A stretch of DNA of 19,564 nucleotides from a virus (IMGVR_UViG_2874920711_000010); one strand, 5' to 3'; shown: positions 8,600 through 17,397, counted from the stretch's first letter. Notes: a model not told the origin generated them from the letters alone. A program made the numbers and translations.

Positions 8600-8947
8600 T
8601 TATATCCGGATGCCAGGCCGTTCTGTCCGTTTGGGATGTTGCCACGCGATCCCCTCCAGTAGCATGGATAACTGAGCTGGCGTCAGGTGCACTTTCCCTT
8701 CCCGGGTCACCGGCCAGACGAAGCGGCCCCGTTCCAGGCGTTTGGCGAACAGGCATAACCCGTCACGATCGGCCCACAGTATTTTCACCATTTTGCCACT
8801 GCGGCCCCGGAAGACGAAGATATGCCCGGAGAACGGGTCATCTTTCAGCGTGTTCTGCACCTTCGAAGCCAGGCCATTGAAGCCACAACGCATATCTGTG
8901 ATGCCAGCGATGATCCAGATTCTGGTACCGGTCGGCAGCGTTATCAT
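8600..8947 (-). CDS. IS66-family TnpB, copy 2
   Basis: Protein identical to 4673-5020. Confidence 0.85.
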   Translation of the reverse strand: MITLPTGTRIWIIAGITDMRCGFNGLASKVQNTLKDDPFSGHIFVFRGRSGKMVKILWADRDGLCLFAKRLERGRFVWPVTREGKVHLTPAQLSMLLEGIAWQHPKRTERPGIRI

Positions 8948-9618
8948 CGGATACCCCCTTTCATTTCGCGGATTAGCGCCCGTAACAGTTCCGGAGTGAG
9001 AGGGTCAAACAGTTTTACCACACCTGATTTAAGATGCAGCTCGCACCGTGGGACGTTTCCGGGAGCCCCCTCAGGGCGCTCATCATGCTTGTTACGCCAG
9101 AAGGGATTTGTAACTGGTCTGGTCGGCTCCGGCGTATCAGTCAGTGCCACCGGGACAGGCATGCATTCCTGTATGTCATCATCGCTCAGTAAGCCGTCCT
9201 CGTACTGGCTTTTCCATTTAAACAGCAGGTTATCATTGATATCGTGTTCTCTGGCGATCCGGGCAACAACAGCCCCAGGCTGTAACGCCTGCTTAGCCAG
9301 ACGGACCTTAAATTCACGGCTATAGCTGGTTCGCCGTTCTTTTCGCCATGAGCCTTCTCTGATTTGAGGCTCTGTTAATTCCTTCTTTCTGTTGGCATAA
9401 AGGATGGCGTCAAGTTGAGCGAATGAAACTGAATCGGGCAATGGCCATGCGATACCGGATGCAAGAAATCGCTGAAAAAGCGTATGTATTGTGGAATGAC
9501 TGAGACCCAGACGCTGAGCGATGGCCCGGATGGTCAGTTTATCTTCAAATCTTAAACGCAGGGCATCAGGCAAATAAGAACGGAAGCAGGGAATATCTTT
9601 TGTTGTCTGGGAATTCAT
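8944..9618 (-). CDS. IS66-family TnpA, copy 2
   Basis: Protein identical to 4002-4676. Confidence 0.7.
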   Translation of the reverse strand: MNSQTTKDIPCFRSYLPDALRLRFEDKLTIRAIAQRLGLSHSTIHTLFQRFLASGIAWPLPDSVSFAQLDAILYANRKKELTEPQIREGSWRKERRTSYSREFKVRLAKQALQPGAVVARIAREHDINDNLLFKWKSQYEDGLLSDDDIQECMPVPVALTDTPEPTRPVTNPFWRNKHDERPEGAPGNVPRCELHLKSGVVKLFDPLTPELLRALIREMKGGIR

Positions 9619-9735
9619 CGTTCGTGTCCATCAATATAGATGGGCGCGATTGTTGCCAGACAGGACAATTTTCACAAGACGTCGCTGATGGGGCGCTTAC
9701 TAATATACTGAATTAAATGTATTTTCCTTTACTCA

Positions 9736-9752
9736 GGTAGACAGGGTAGACA
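9736..9752. repeat. Tandem iterons GGTAGACA-G-GGTAGACA directly downstream of the replicase gene
   Basis: Two exact copies of the same octamer found in 6641-6799, lying between the IS66 copy 2 end (9700) and the rep stop (9767). Confidence 0.6.
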
Positions 9753-9766
9753 GCAATTACAAAAAA

Positions 9767-10999
9767 TTATAAAAACGCGTCGCACTCGTCTGTTGTTATT
9801 GCGTTAGTCTGCGTTACCCCCTTAACTTTCCGCGTAATATATTCATGTCCGTAAACTTTTGCGGCAGGCTTCATAGCCTTGCCAAAGTCATTTACGTTTA
9901 GCGGTTTGCTCCTGCCTGCGTATGCCATAAACGCCAGATAGACGCGGTAAAGGCTGTTCCTGGTCGTGTACTTCACTGAATCACCACCGCCACCCATCAT
10001 CAGGCCGCGCGCTTCCTCCAGAAAATTCAGGAACTGGCAAAACTCAATAACCGGATCCGTCTGTTGCTTTATTGCCAGTGCTTCATCACCGTCACGCTGT
10101 TCCAGTAGTAAAGCCCGTGCCTTCTCAGGGTCGGTAAAGTTCGCCAGCAATCGGCGGATAATAACGGGGATTTCAGCCGCAATCTTTTCCGGTAGCTCCC
10201 TGTCTTTTTCGGCCTCACTGACGATATTGTCGAAACGGAAAATCACGCGACGACGTGCCACACCTCCGGCCCGTTCGGTGAATATCATCGGGTTGTTGTC
10301 GGTCGCCAGCACCACCGCCCTGATTACCGCCGTGAAACGCTTTTCATATTTCGGGTTAATTTCCACGGGGTCGCCGCCCGTGATTTTCTTGATGCCCGTT
10401 CCTTCGCCTGTATATTTCGGCTGGTCAGCCAGGACGATAAGACGACTCCCGACAACCTGCGCACGTCCACCAGCATCATCAAGCGATGTCATTTCAGCGC
10501 TTACCGTGTTCTGTTTCCCTGCCAGAAGGCTGGCTATGTGTGTGAATGTACTTTTACCGCTCCCGCCGTCTCCGGTGGCCTCAATAAACATCTGCCAGTC
10601 GTACCGGTTCGCCATAATCATGTAAAGCGCGGCACATATGCGCATCATCTTGCGCGGGTCTTTTCCGGCTGCGTGATCAAGCCATTTATGAAAGTTTGGC
10701 GCGTTGTCGCGGATATTCTCCCCTGGTGCTGGTGGCGTGTACTCAATGCCGTTGTGCGTGGTGATCCAGTTCTCCGGCGTGTGCGGGGAAAATTCCCCCG
10801 TTTTCAGGTTAAGCACACCATTAGTGAACGGTAGCAAATCACTGGACGGCTCGCCCATCGGGTCAGCAGTAACTTTTAACGCTTCAACGGCGTTATTAAT
10901 TGCCCGCTTGCTGAATGTGGCCCGTGTTCTGAATAAACCGCCACCATTTCGCGGCTCAGTTCCATTGTGCTGACCGGACACCATATCCCGCCGCGCCAT
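9767..10999 (-). CDS. Replicase/helicase of the P4 alpha C-terminal type (D5_N-like region plus P-loop NTPase), up to 410 aa
   Basis: LPFTNGVLNLKTGEF motif and Walker A ATGDGGSGKST; true start may be the internal Met at 10858 (after the upstream stop) or the gene may be fused to 10876-11520 by a frameshift. Confidence 0.8.
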   Translation of the reverse strand: MARRDMVSGQHNGTEPRNGGGLFRTRATFSKRAINNAVEALKVTADPMGEPSSDLLPFTNGVLNLKTGEFSPHTPENWITTHNGIEYTPPAPGENIRDNAPNFHKWLDHAAGKDPRKMMRICAALYMIMANRYDWQMFIEATGDGGSGKSTFTHIASLLAGKQNTVSAEMTSLDDAGGRAQVVGSRLIVLADQPKYTGEGTGIKKITGGDPVEINPKYEKRFTAVIRAVVLATDNNPMIFTERAGGVARRRVIFRFDNIVSEAEKDRELPEKIAAEIPVIIRRLLANFTDPEKARALLLEQRDGDEALAIKQQTDPVIEFCQFLNFLEEARGLMMGGGGDSVKYTTRNSLYRVYLAFMAYAGRSKPLNVNDFGKAMKPAAKVYGHEYITRKVKGVTQTNAITTDECDAFL

Positions 11000-11520
11000 A
11001 CGTGAACGATTTCACTTTCCGGATGCACACAAACGCCATCAAATCGACCAGCAAGCATCTGTGCGCGCTCACTGTCTGCCATCTGCGAAAGTTGCGCCTT
11101 TTGCTTTACCGGAAGCTCAATGACCAGACCATCAGAAAGATTCTGGCGTTCACGGGCCAGATATTCGCGCCAGTTCTGCACCTCCTGGCCGTGCATACCC
11201 TCAAGATAAAAATTTGCATCTTGTACACCTGCCGCCGCCAGCTTCTGACCAATCGCCTTGATCATTACAGGCTCAAGATGTCCGGCTCTGTATATGCGTG
11301 CTGATTTTCTGCCATCCGGCACAATTTGCAGATTATCCAGTTCGGATAGCTGCTGCTCTCCAAGCCACACAGGAGGCTCATTATCTCCGGCTGTACGCGC
11401 GTCATGTTCCTGCCACTGTTTCGCGTGTGCCCAGGCATCACTACCCGCAAAGATAATTACCTCTGTGTCTTTGTGTTTTATTCCGCGTGGCTGTTTTTTT
11501 ACGTTCGGTGCCAGTTTCAT
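10876..11520 (-). CDS. Primase-like or replication-associated protein, 214 aa, upstream partner of the replicase
   Basis: ORF overlaps the replicase ORF by 124 nt in another frame; domain not recognised with certainty. Confidence 0.5.
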   Translation of the reverse strand: MKLAPNVKKQPRGIKHKDTEVIIFAGSDAWAHAKQWQEHDARTAGDNEPPVWLGEQQLSELDNLQIVPDGRKSARIYRAGHLEPVMIKAIGQKLAAAGVQDANFYLEGMHGQEVQNWREYLARERQNLSDGLVIELPVKQKAQLSQMADSERAQMLAGRFDGVCVHPESEIVHVWRGGIWCPVSTMELSREMVAVYSEHGPHSASGQLITPLKR

Positions 11521-11801
11521 TTTTTACCCCTGAATACGTTAAGCATCTTTTTTATTTCCTGAATATTGGCACGTGCTTTCTCCCTGCTGGTGGGCACGTT
11601 ACGCGGTACGGCCTGCACAAGAGAAAAATCACGGTCGAACTGATAAACAGGCATCACGCAATCATATTCGTAGCCTTCACGACGGTAGGTTACGCGCCGT
11701 TCCTCCACGCCCTTAATTATTACCGTGCTGCCGTACTTATCGCGGTAAATATTGAGGTAGCCTGAGTTTAACGGACACTCCTTCCTGAAATAGAATGGCA
11801 T
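11517..11801 (-). CDS. Small hypothetical protein coupled to the primase gene (ATGA overlap); its first codons lie inside the IS3-family element
   Basis: Stop overlaps the primase start at 11517-11520; the annotated start at 11801 is beyond the inferred IS left end (about 11763-11779), so the native N-terminus and promoter are probably lost. Confidence 0.35.
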   Translation of the reverse strand: MPFYFRKECPLNSGYLNIYRDKYGSTVIIKGVEERRVTYRREGYEYDCVMPVYQFDRDFSLVQAVPRNVPTSREKARANIQEIKKMLNVFRGKK

Positions 11802-11816
11802 CAGAAGGAGCTAATA

Positions 11817-12079
11817 ATGAGCAGAAAAACCCAACGTTACTCTAAAGAGTTCAAAGCCGAAGCTGTCAGAACGGTTCTTGAAAATCAACTTTCGATCAGT
11901 GAAGGCGCTTCCCGATTATCCCTTCCTGAAGGCACTTTAGGACAATGGGTTACCGCCGCCAGAAAAGGACTCGGTACTCCTGGTTCCCGCACGGTGGCTG
12001 AACTGGAATCTGAAATTCTGCAACTGCGTAAGGCGTTAAATGAAGCTCGCCTTGAGCGAGATATATTAAAAAAAGCAAC
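11817..12079 (+). CDS. IS3-family OrfA (HTH), interrupted near its 3-prime end by IS30; the last codons resume at 13302
   Basis: Removing IS30 and one AC copy restores ...DILKKATAYFAQESLKNTR and a continuous -1 frame into OrfB. Confidence 0.7.
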
Positions 12080-13299
12080 TGTAGATTCAATTGGTCAACG
12101 CAACAGTTATGTGAAAACATGGGGTTGCGGAGGTTTTTTGAATGAGACGAACATTTACAGCAGAGGAAAAAGCCTCTGTTTTTGAACTATGGAAGAACGG
12201 AACAGGCTTCAGTGAAATAGCGAATATCCTGGGTTCAAAACCCGGAACGATCTTCACTATGTTAAGGGATACTGGCGGCATAAAACCCCATGAGCGTAAG
12301 CGGGCTGTAGCTCACCTGACACTGTCTGAGCGCGAGGAGATACGAGCTGGTTTGTCAGCCAAAATGAGCATTCGTGCGATAGCTACTGCGCTGAATCGCA
12401 GTCCTTCGACGATCTCACGTGAAGTTCAGCGTAATCGGGCAGACGCTATTACAAAGCTGTTGATGCTAATAACCGAGCCAACAGAATGGCGAAAAGGCCA
12501 AAACCGTGCTTACTGGATCAAAATTTACCATTGCGAAAGCTTGTTCTGGAAAAGCTGGAGATGAAATGGTCTCCAGAGCAAATATCAGGATGGTTAAGGC
12601 GAACAAAACCACGTCAAAAAACGCTGCGAATATCACCTGAGACAATTTATAAAACGCTGTACTTTCGTAGCCGTGAAGCGCTACACCACCTGAATATACA
12701 GCATCTGCGACGGTCGCATAGCCTTCGCCATGGCAGGCGTCATACCCGCAAAGGCGAAAGAGGTACGATTAACATAGTGAACGGAACACCAATTCACGAA
12801 CGTTCCCGAAATATCGATAACAGACGCTCTCTGGGGCATTGGGAGGGCGATTTAGTCTCAGGTACAAAAAACTCTCATATAGCCACACTTGTAGACCGAA
12901 AATCACGTTATACGATCATCCTTAGACTCAGGGGCAAAGATTCTGTCTCAGTAAATCAGGCTCTTACCGACAAATTCCTGAGTTTACCGTCAGAACTCAG
13001 AAAATCACTGACATGGGACAGAGGAATGGAACTGGCCAGACATCTAGAATTTACTGTCAGCACCGGCGTTAAAGTTTACTTCTGCGATCCTCAGAGTCCT
13101 TGGCAGCGGGGAACAAATGAGAACACAAATGGGCTAATTCGGCAGTACTTTCCTAAAAAGACATGTCTTGCCCAATATACTCAACATGAACTAGATCTGG
13201 TTGCTGCTCAGCTAAACAACAGACCGAGAAAGACACTGAAGTTCAAAACACCGAAAGAGATAATTGAAAGGGGTGTTGCATTGACAGATTGAATCTACA
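12080..13299 (+). mobile_element. IS30 (1220 bp here, canonical 1221 bp) nested inside the IS3-family element, with 2-bp target duplication AC
   Basis: Left end TGTAGATTCAATTGGTCAACGCAACAG at 12080, right end ...CAGATTGAATCTACA at 13299, AC at 12078-12079 and 13300-13301. Confidence 0.85.
12142..13292 (+). CDS. insI: IS30 transposase, split by a 1-bp deletion in a G-run at about 12436-12439
   Basis: ORFs 12142-12564 and 12486-13292 together give the roughly 383-aa IS30 transposase; the window reads CGGGCAGACGC where an intact frame requires one more G. Confidence 0.8.
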
Positions 13300-13376
13300 A
13301 CAGCGTATTTTGCACAGGAGTCGCTGAAAAATACGCGTTAATCGAACAATGGCGACAACAATTTCCCATTGAAGCG

Positions 13377-14195
13377 ATGTGTCAGGTATTTGGTGTATCC
13401 AGGAGCGGTTATTACAACTGGGTACAGCATGAACCCTCAGACAGAAAACAAAGTGATGAGCGGCTAAAACTGGAGATTAAGGTGGCCCATATCCGCACTC
13501 GCGAAACATATGGAACCCGGCGGCTCCAGACGGAGCTGGCAGAGAATGGCATCATCGTTGGACGTGACCGACTGGCACGTCTTCGTAAGGAGCTAAGGCT
13601 ACGCTGTAAGCAGAAACGCAAGTTCAGAGCGACTACGAACCCGAACCACAATCTGCCAGTTGCGCCAAATCTGCTGAACCAGACGTTCGCTCCTACAGCA
13701 CCAAATCAGGTCTGGGTGGCGGACCTGACGTATGTTGCCACACAGGAGGGATGGTTGTACCTCGCTGGCATCAAAGATGTTTATACGTGCGAAATTGTCG
13801 GCTACGCCATGGGAGAGCGCATGACAAAAGAGCTGACAGGTAAAGCCCTGTTTATGGCGCTCAGGAGCCAGCGCCCACCTGCCGGGCTAATCCACCACTC
13901 TGATCGAGGTTCACAGTACTGCGCATACGATTACCGGGTCATACAGGAGCAGTTTGGTCTGAAAACATCAATGTCGCGTAAAGGTAACAGTTACGACAAC
14001 GCTCCGATGGAAAGCTTCTGGGGAACGCTGAAAAATGAGAGCCTGAGCCACTATCGTTTTAATAACCGGGATGAAGCCATCTCAGTAATACGGGAATACA
14101 TTGAGATTTTCTACAATCGTCAGCGTCGTCACTCTCGTCTGGGGAATATCTCCCCGGCAGCCTTCAGGGAAAAATATCATCAGATGGCTGCTTAA
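13377..14195 (+). CDS. IS3-family OrfB (DDE transposase catalytic domain)
   Basis: DDE-type motifs (WVADLTY, HHSDRGSQY, YDNAPMESFW); in the intact element it is expressed as an OrfAB fusion by -1 frameshifting, the -1 frame being open from about 13302. Confidence 0.8.
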   Translation: MCQVFGVSRSGYYNWVQHEPSDRKQSDERLKLEIKVAHIRTRETYGTRRLQTELAENGIIVGRDRLARLRKELRLRCKQKRKFRATTNPNHNLPVAPNLLNQTFAPTAPNQVWVADLTYVATQEGWLYLAGIKDVYTCEIVGYAMGERMTKELTGKALFMALRSQRPPAGLIHHSDRGSQYCAYDYRVIQEQFGLKTSMSRKGNSYDNAPMESFWGTLKNESLSHYRFNNRDEAISVIREYIEIFYNRQRRHSRLGNISPAAFREKYHQMAA

Positions 14196-14310
14196 AAAAA
14201 GAACAAATGGTAGTGTCCGCTATTGCCAGTACACCTCATATCCCCGCGCATGAATTTAGTGCGAGTTTTGCCGCTGGCAGTTAAGCCAGGATATTTAAGT
14301 TTCATTATTT

Positions 14311-14544
14311 TTATTCTCCGGTGTGGGGCGCTTTATACTGGTCGTGTAATGTCTCTATTTCCTGCAACTCATTTATTACAGGCTCAAGAAGCGTTATTAA
14401 TGCCGTGACAATCCTTGATTTCTGTTTATCACGCTCATTATCGCCAAATGTTTCCAGACACATTTGCAATATTTCCAACATATTTTCACTGTGAGAAAGT
14501 GCAAGAAATGCGCGGTCTGTTATTTCAATGTAAATATCACGCAT
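14311..14544 (-). CDS. Small hypothetical protein, 77 aa, in an AT-rich pocket between the IS3 and IS110 elements
   Basis: ORF only; no clear RBS, and its upstream region is IS110-family sequence. Confidence 0.3.
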   Translation of the reverse strand: MRDIYIEITDRAFLALSHSENMLEILQMCLETFGDNERDKQKSRIVTALITLLEPVINELQEIETLHDQYKAPHTGE

Positions 14545-14549
14545 AACCC

Positions 14550-16010
14550 CGTTACTTTATTCGTACCCCTTATAATGGGGTGTTAGCCAGCCAGACCCGG
14601 CATGATTACTGCCCCCAGTCGTCCATGATCCGGGGGTGATGTCACCGGGTCTGGTGGGGCGCTGGTAACCGCTAATAGGGTCAGGTCAGGCACTTTTGCC
14701 GGGACCGTCTGTAACGTGGATGCCGGTACCTGCTCCCGTGGTTATCTGGTTAACCCATATACAAGGGAGACAGAATGACCGAATCCAGCGATTACGAATC
14801 CGTCCAGGTCTTTATCGGCGTTGATGTCGGTAAAGATACGCATCACGCTGTTGCCATTAATCGTTCAGGTAAACGCCTGTTCGATAAAGCATTACCCAAC
14901 GACGAAAACAAACTCAGGTCGCTAATATCTGACCTGAAACAACATGGTCAGATACTGCTGGTTGTTGATCAGCCAGCTACCATCGGTGCGTTACCTGTCG
15001 CCGTTGCCCGCTCAGAAGGAGTCCTTGTCGGATATCTCCCTGGACTGGCCATGCACCGCATAGCCGACTTACACGCCGGTGAAGCTAAAACTGATGCTCG
15101 TGACGCTGCCATCATTGCCGAAGCTGCCCGTACCCTGCCTCACGCGCTACGCACGCTGAAACTGGCTGACGAGCAAATCGCCGAACTCTCCATGCTCTGC
15201 GGCTTCGATGATGATCTTGCCGCACAGACAACGCAGGCCAGCAACCGTATCCGCGGCCTTCTGACCCAGATACATCCGGCACTGGAGCGCGTTCTCGGTC
15301 CGAGACTTGAGCACCCGGCGGTACTCGATCTTCTCCAGCGATATCCCTCACCAGAAAAACTCGCTTCGCTGGGTGAGAAGAAGCTGGCAGCCCAGCTCTG
15401 CAAACTTGCGCCTCGTCTGGGTAAACGCCTTGCAGCAGACATAGCTCAGGCACTGGCCGAACAAACCGTCGTCGTTCCCGGCACGAATGCCGCTGCCGTA
15501 GTACTGCCACGTCTGGCACTCCAACTCATCACGCTGCGTAAGCAAAGAGACGAGGTGGCGCTTGAGGTAGAACAGCGAGTTCTTGCTCACCCTCTTTACC
15601 CGGTCCTGACCAGTATGCCCGGAGTCGGTGTCAGGACCGCAGCCAGACTCCTCACCGAGGTCGCCTGCCGCGCCTTCGCCTCTGCCGCACATCTCGCTGC
15701 TTATGCTGGCCTTGCGCCGGTAACTCGGCGATCCGGCTCGTCAATACGCGGTGAGCATCCCTCGCGACGGGGTAATAAAGCTCTCAAACGGGCGTTGTTC
15801 CTGTCGGCCTTCGCCGCGCTCAGGGATCCGCTCTCCAGGGCTTACTACACCCGCAAAATGAGTCAGGGAAAACGACACAATCAGGCGCTTATCGCCCTGG
15901 CGAGACGACGCTGCGACGTTCTGTTCGCCATGATGCGCGACGGGACTTTTTATACCCCGCAGGGGTCATAACATGCTTGACAACTTAATAGGGCACCCCC
16001 ATTTTCACAA
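14550..16010 (+). mobile_element. IS110-family insertion sequence (boundaries approximate)
   Basis: Single 398-aa transposase with a GC-rich leader of about 220 bp; sharp base-composition change near 14545. Confidence 0.6.
14775..15971 (+). CDS. IS110-family transposase, 398 aa
   Basis: N-terminal FIGVDVGKDTHHAV RuvC-like motif; RBS AAGGGAGA upstream. Confidence 0.85.
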   Translation: MTESSDYESVQVFIGVDVGKDTHHAVAINRSGKRLFDKALPNDENKLRSLISDLKQHGQILLVVDQPATIGALPVAVARSEGVLVGYLPGLAMHRIADLHAGEAKTDARDAAIIAEAARTLPHALRTLKLADEQIAELSMLCGFDDDLAAQTTQASNRIRGLLTQIHPALERVLGPRLEHPAVLDLLQRYPSPEKLASLGEKKLAAQLCKLAPRLGKRLAADIAQALAEQTVVVPGTNAAAVVLPRLALQLITLRKQRDEVALEVEQRVLAHPLYPVLTSMPGVGVRTAARLLTEVACRAFASAAHLAAYAGLAPVTRRSGSSIRGEHPSRRGNKALKRALFLSAFAALRDPLSRAYYTRKMSQGKRHNQALIALARRRCDVLFAMMRDGTFYTPQGS

Positions 16011-16366
16011 TCAGCAACAAGAATATTTTTAGCGTCATTCAGCGACCGCGTTGCGATGTATCGGATACATTCCAGGGCGAACAATGTGTATTCTTCCCGT
16101 TCTTCCTTTCGTGCAAGCTCTGCTGTGCATTCAATATCAATAAGCGCGTGCATCAGCGTAGTGAGTGCGGCGGCGGCTGCGTCCGGTGTGGTTTTATTGT
16201 GCATAGGTTTCCCCTGGCGAATACGGGCGACAAAAATCAGATGTGCGTGCGGCAGCTGCGCGCGGGCTTCGCGTTCAGTGGCTGCGGTAACGGTGAATAT
16301 TGCAATGCTGTCTGTCAGGCACTGCATAAAGCGCCAGACAAAGTAAGGGCGTGCGGATACAGCCAT
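15950..16366 (-). CDS. Ash-like protein paralog 1 (about 138 aa); its 3-prime end overlaps the IS110 element
   Basis: Start at 16366 preceded by AAAGGAG with 8-nt spacing; shares VTAxTEREAR...ARIRQG with the paralog at 16584-16841. Ash-family assignment is from memory, not verified. Confidence 0.45.
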   Translation of the reverse strand: MAVSARPYFVWRFMQCLTDSIAIFTVTAATEREARAQLPHAHLIFVARIRQGKPMHNKTTPDAAAAALTTLMHALIDIECTAELARKEEREEYTLFALECIRYIATRSLNDAKNILVADCENGGALLSCQACYDPCGV

Positions 16367-16583
16367 GTGAAAGGCTCCTTTGCTTGATGTAAGGAGTCTC
16401 GCCAGCACGCTGTCAAACATGGTGGCGGGACGTAACAGGGTTGACAGACTGGCAGCAAAGAAACCAGCGAGCGCAAAGGCTCCCCCGTTACGCCCCGCCA
16501 TAATGCGGGTATGGGTAGGTTTACGGACACAAAAAAACCGCATATCGGAATGTAAGCGGCTGTCCGCTTTGCTATTCAGGCTG

Positions 16584-16841
16584 TCAAACCCGGTCGCCAT
16601 GTGGGCGACGGGGAAGAATACAGCCCCACGGTAATTTTTTGCAAGTTGTTTTTACGCATGGCCAACCCCCCTGACGAATACGGGCCGCGAATACAGCAAC
16701 ACAACCGGACGGGCAATGGTTACGCGCTTCGCGTTCAGTCCAGGCGGTGACGTGGATGATTTGGGACTCTGACGCACCAAAGGCGATAAAGCGCCAGAGA
16801 AAGGCGGTTTGAGAATGTACAAGGGTAGGGGTAGTAGCCAT
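16584..16841 (-). CDS. Ash-like protein paralog 2 (about 85 aa)
   Basis: Start at 16841 preceded by AAGGAGG with 8-nt spacing; it is the C-terminal part of a 460-aa ORF whose upstream 375 codons look non-coding. Confidence 0.45.
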   Translation of the reverse strand: MATTPTLVHSQTAFLWRFIAFGASESQIIHVTAWTEREARNHCPSGCVAVFAARIRQGGWPCVKTTCKKLPWGCILPRRPHGDRV

Positions 16842-17006
16842 GCCGGCAGCCTCCTTGATTGATGGAATGTAACCACCGCCGGAGGTCCTAAGCTCGCTGG
16901 CGGTGGACTGTACAGGGTTAGGACTACTGGCAATCAAGGGAACCAGCCTACCCGAAGGTAGCCCCATACAGCCCACCATTGTATAGGTGTGCGTGTGCGT
17001 CGATAC

Positions 17007-17029
17007 AAAAAAAGACGCGTGCGGCGTCT
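17007..17029 (-). terminator. Intrinsic terminator (minus strand)
   Basis: AAAAAAA followed by AGACGC-GTGCG-GCGTCT; on the minus strand a hairpin plus U7. Confidence 0.55.
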
Positions 17030-17289
17030 GTATCGCCTCGATTGTCAGCGGGGTCCTAATCCCGGCACCCGTTTTATAAGGTGCACGCGAATCATAGCCT
17101 TGGCTGGCAGTGGCGATCAACTGGTTTTTCATACCCGCTTTATTCAGGTTGTGCGAGTCCCGCCCTTGCAGGTGTGTGGTATGATTTAACATAGCTATCT
17201 CGATACTGTTGCTATCGTTGGTGGTTAGACGCCCTGCATGTGTTGCGAGCACTGCGGGGCGTTGCTTAATTTGAGTGACAAAACTCAAA

Positions 17290-17322
17290 CTGTGCGCACA
17301 GATTAAAATCATGTGTGCGCAC
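17290..17322. promoter_or_regulatory. Two perfect 10-bp palindromes TGTGCGCACA (17290-17299, 17313-17322) plus a half-site at 17361-17367
   Basis: Read from the sequence, upstream of the small plus-strand gene at 17398; the same GTGCGCAC core occurs at 31-38. Confidence 0.5.
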
Positions 17323-17397
17323 ATGTCAATACTTAACATCTCATTTTTTTTGCTGTATTGTGTGCGCCCATAAAGTCCATTTAAGTGAGGTGCATCA

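Larger units (their letters stand above)
6995..9700 (-). mobile_element. IS66-family insertion sequence, copy 2 (2706 bp), inverted relative to copy 1
   Basis: Ends GTAAGCG at 6995 and CGCTTAC at 9700; ORFs identical to copy 1 apart from two 1-bp differences; outer flank TAATATAC (9701-9708) is the reverse complement of copy 1's right flank GTATATTA (6628-6635). Confidence 0.85.
11763..14233 (+). mobile_element. IS3-family insertion sequence (about 1249 bp without the nested IS30); boundaries approximate
   Basis: OrfA/OrfB architecture with slippery A7G at 12066-12074; subterminal CGGACACT at 11772-11779 and its complement at 14212-14219; right end ...CCAGTACA at 14233. Confidence 0.7.

Noticed and set aside
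3920-9700. The inverted IS66 pair as a composite transposon carrying cargo
   Set aside because: The segment between the copies is only 367 bp of iteron DNA plus a gene fragment, and the copies are tail-to-tail with inversion-type flanks.
9966-10834. Plus-strand ORFs (219 aa and 98 aa) antisense to the replicase gene
   Set aside because: They lie entirely inside the well-supported replicase ORF on the opposite strand and have low-complexity S/A/R-rich translations.
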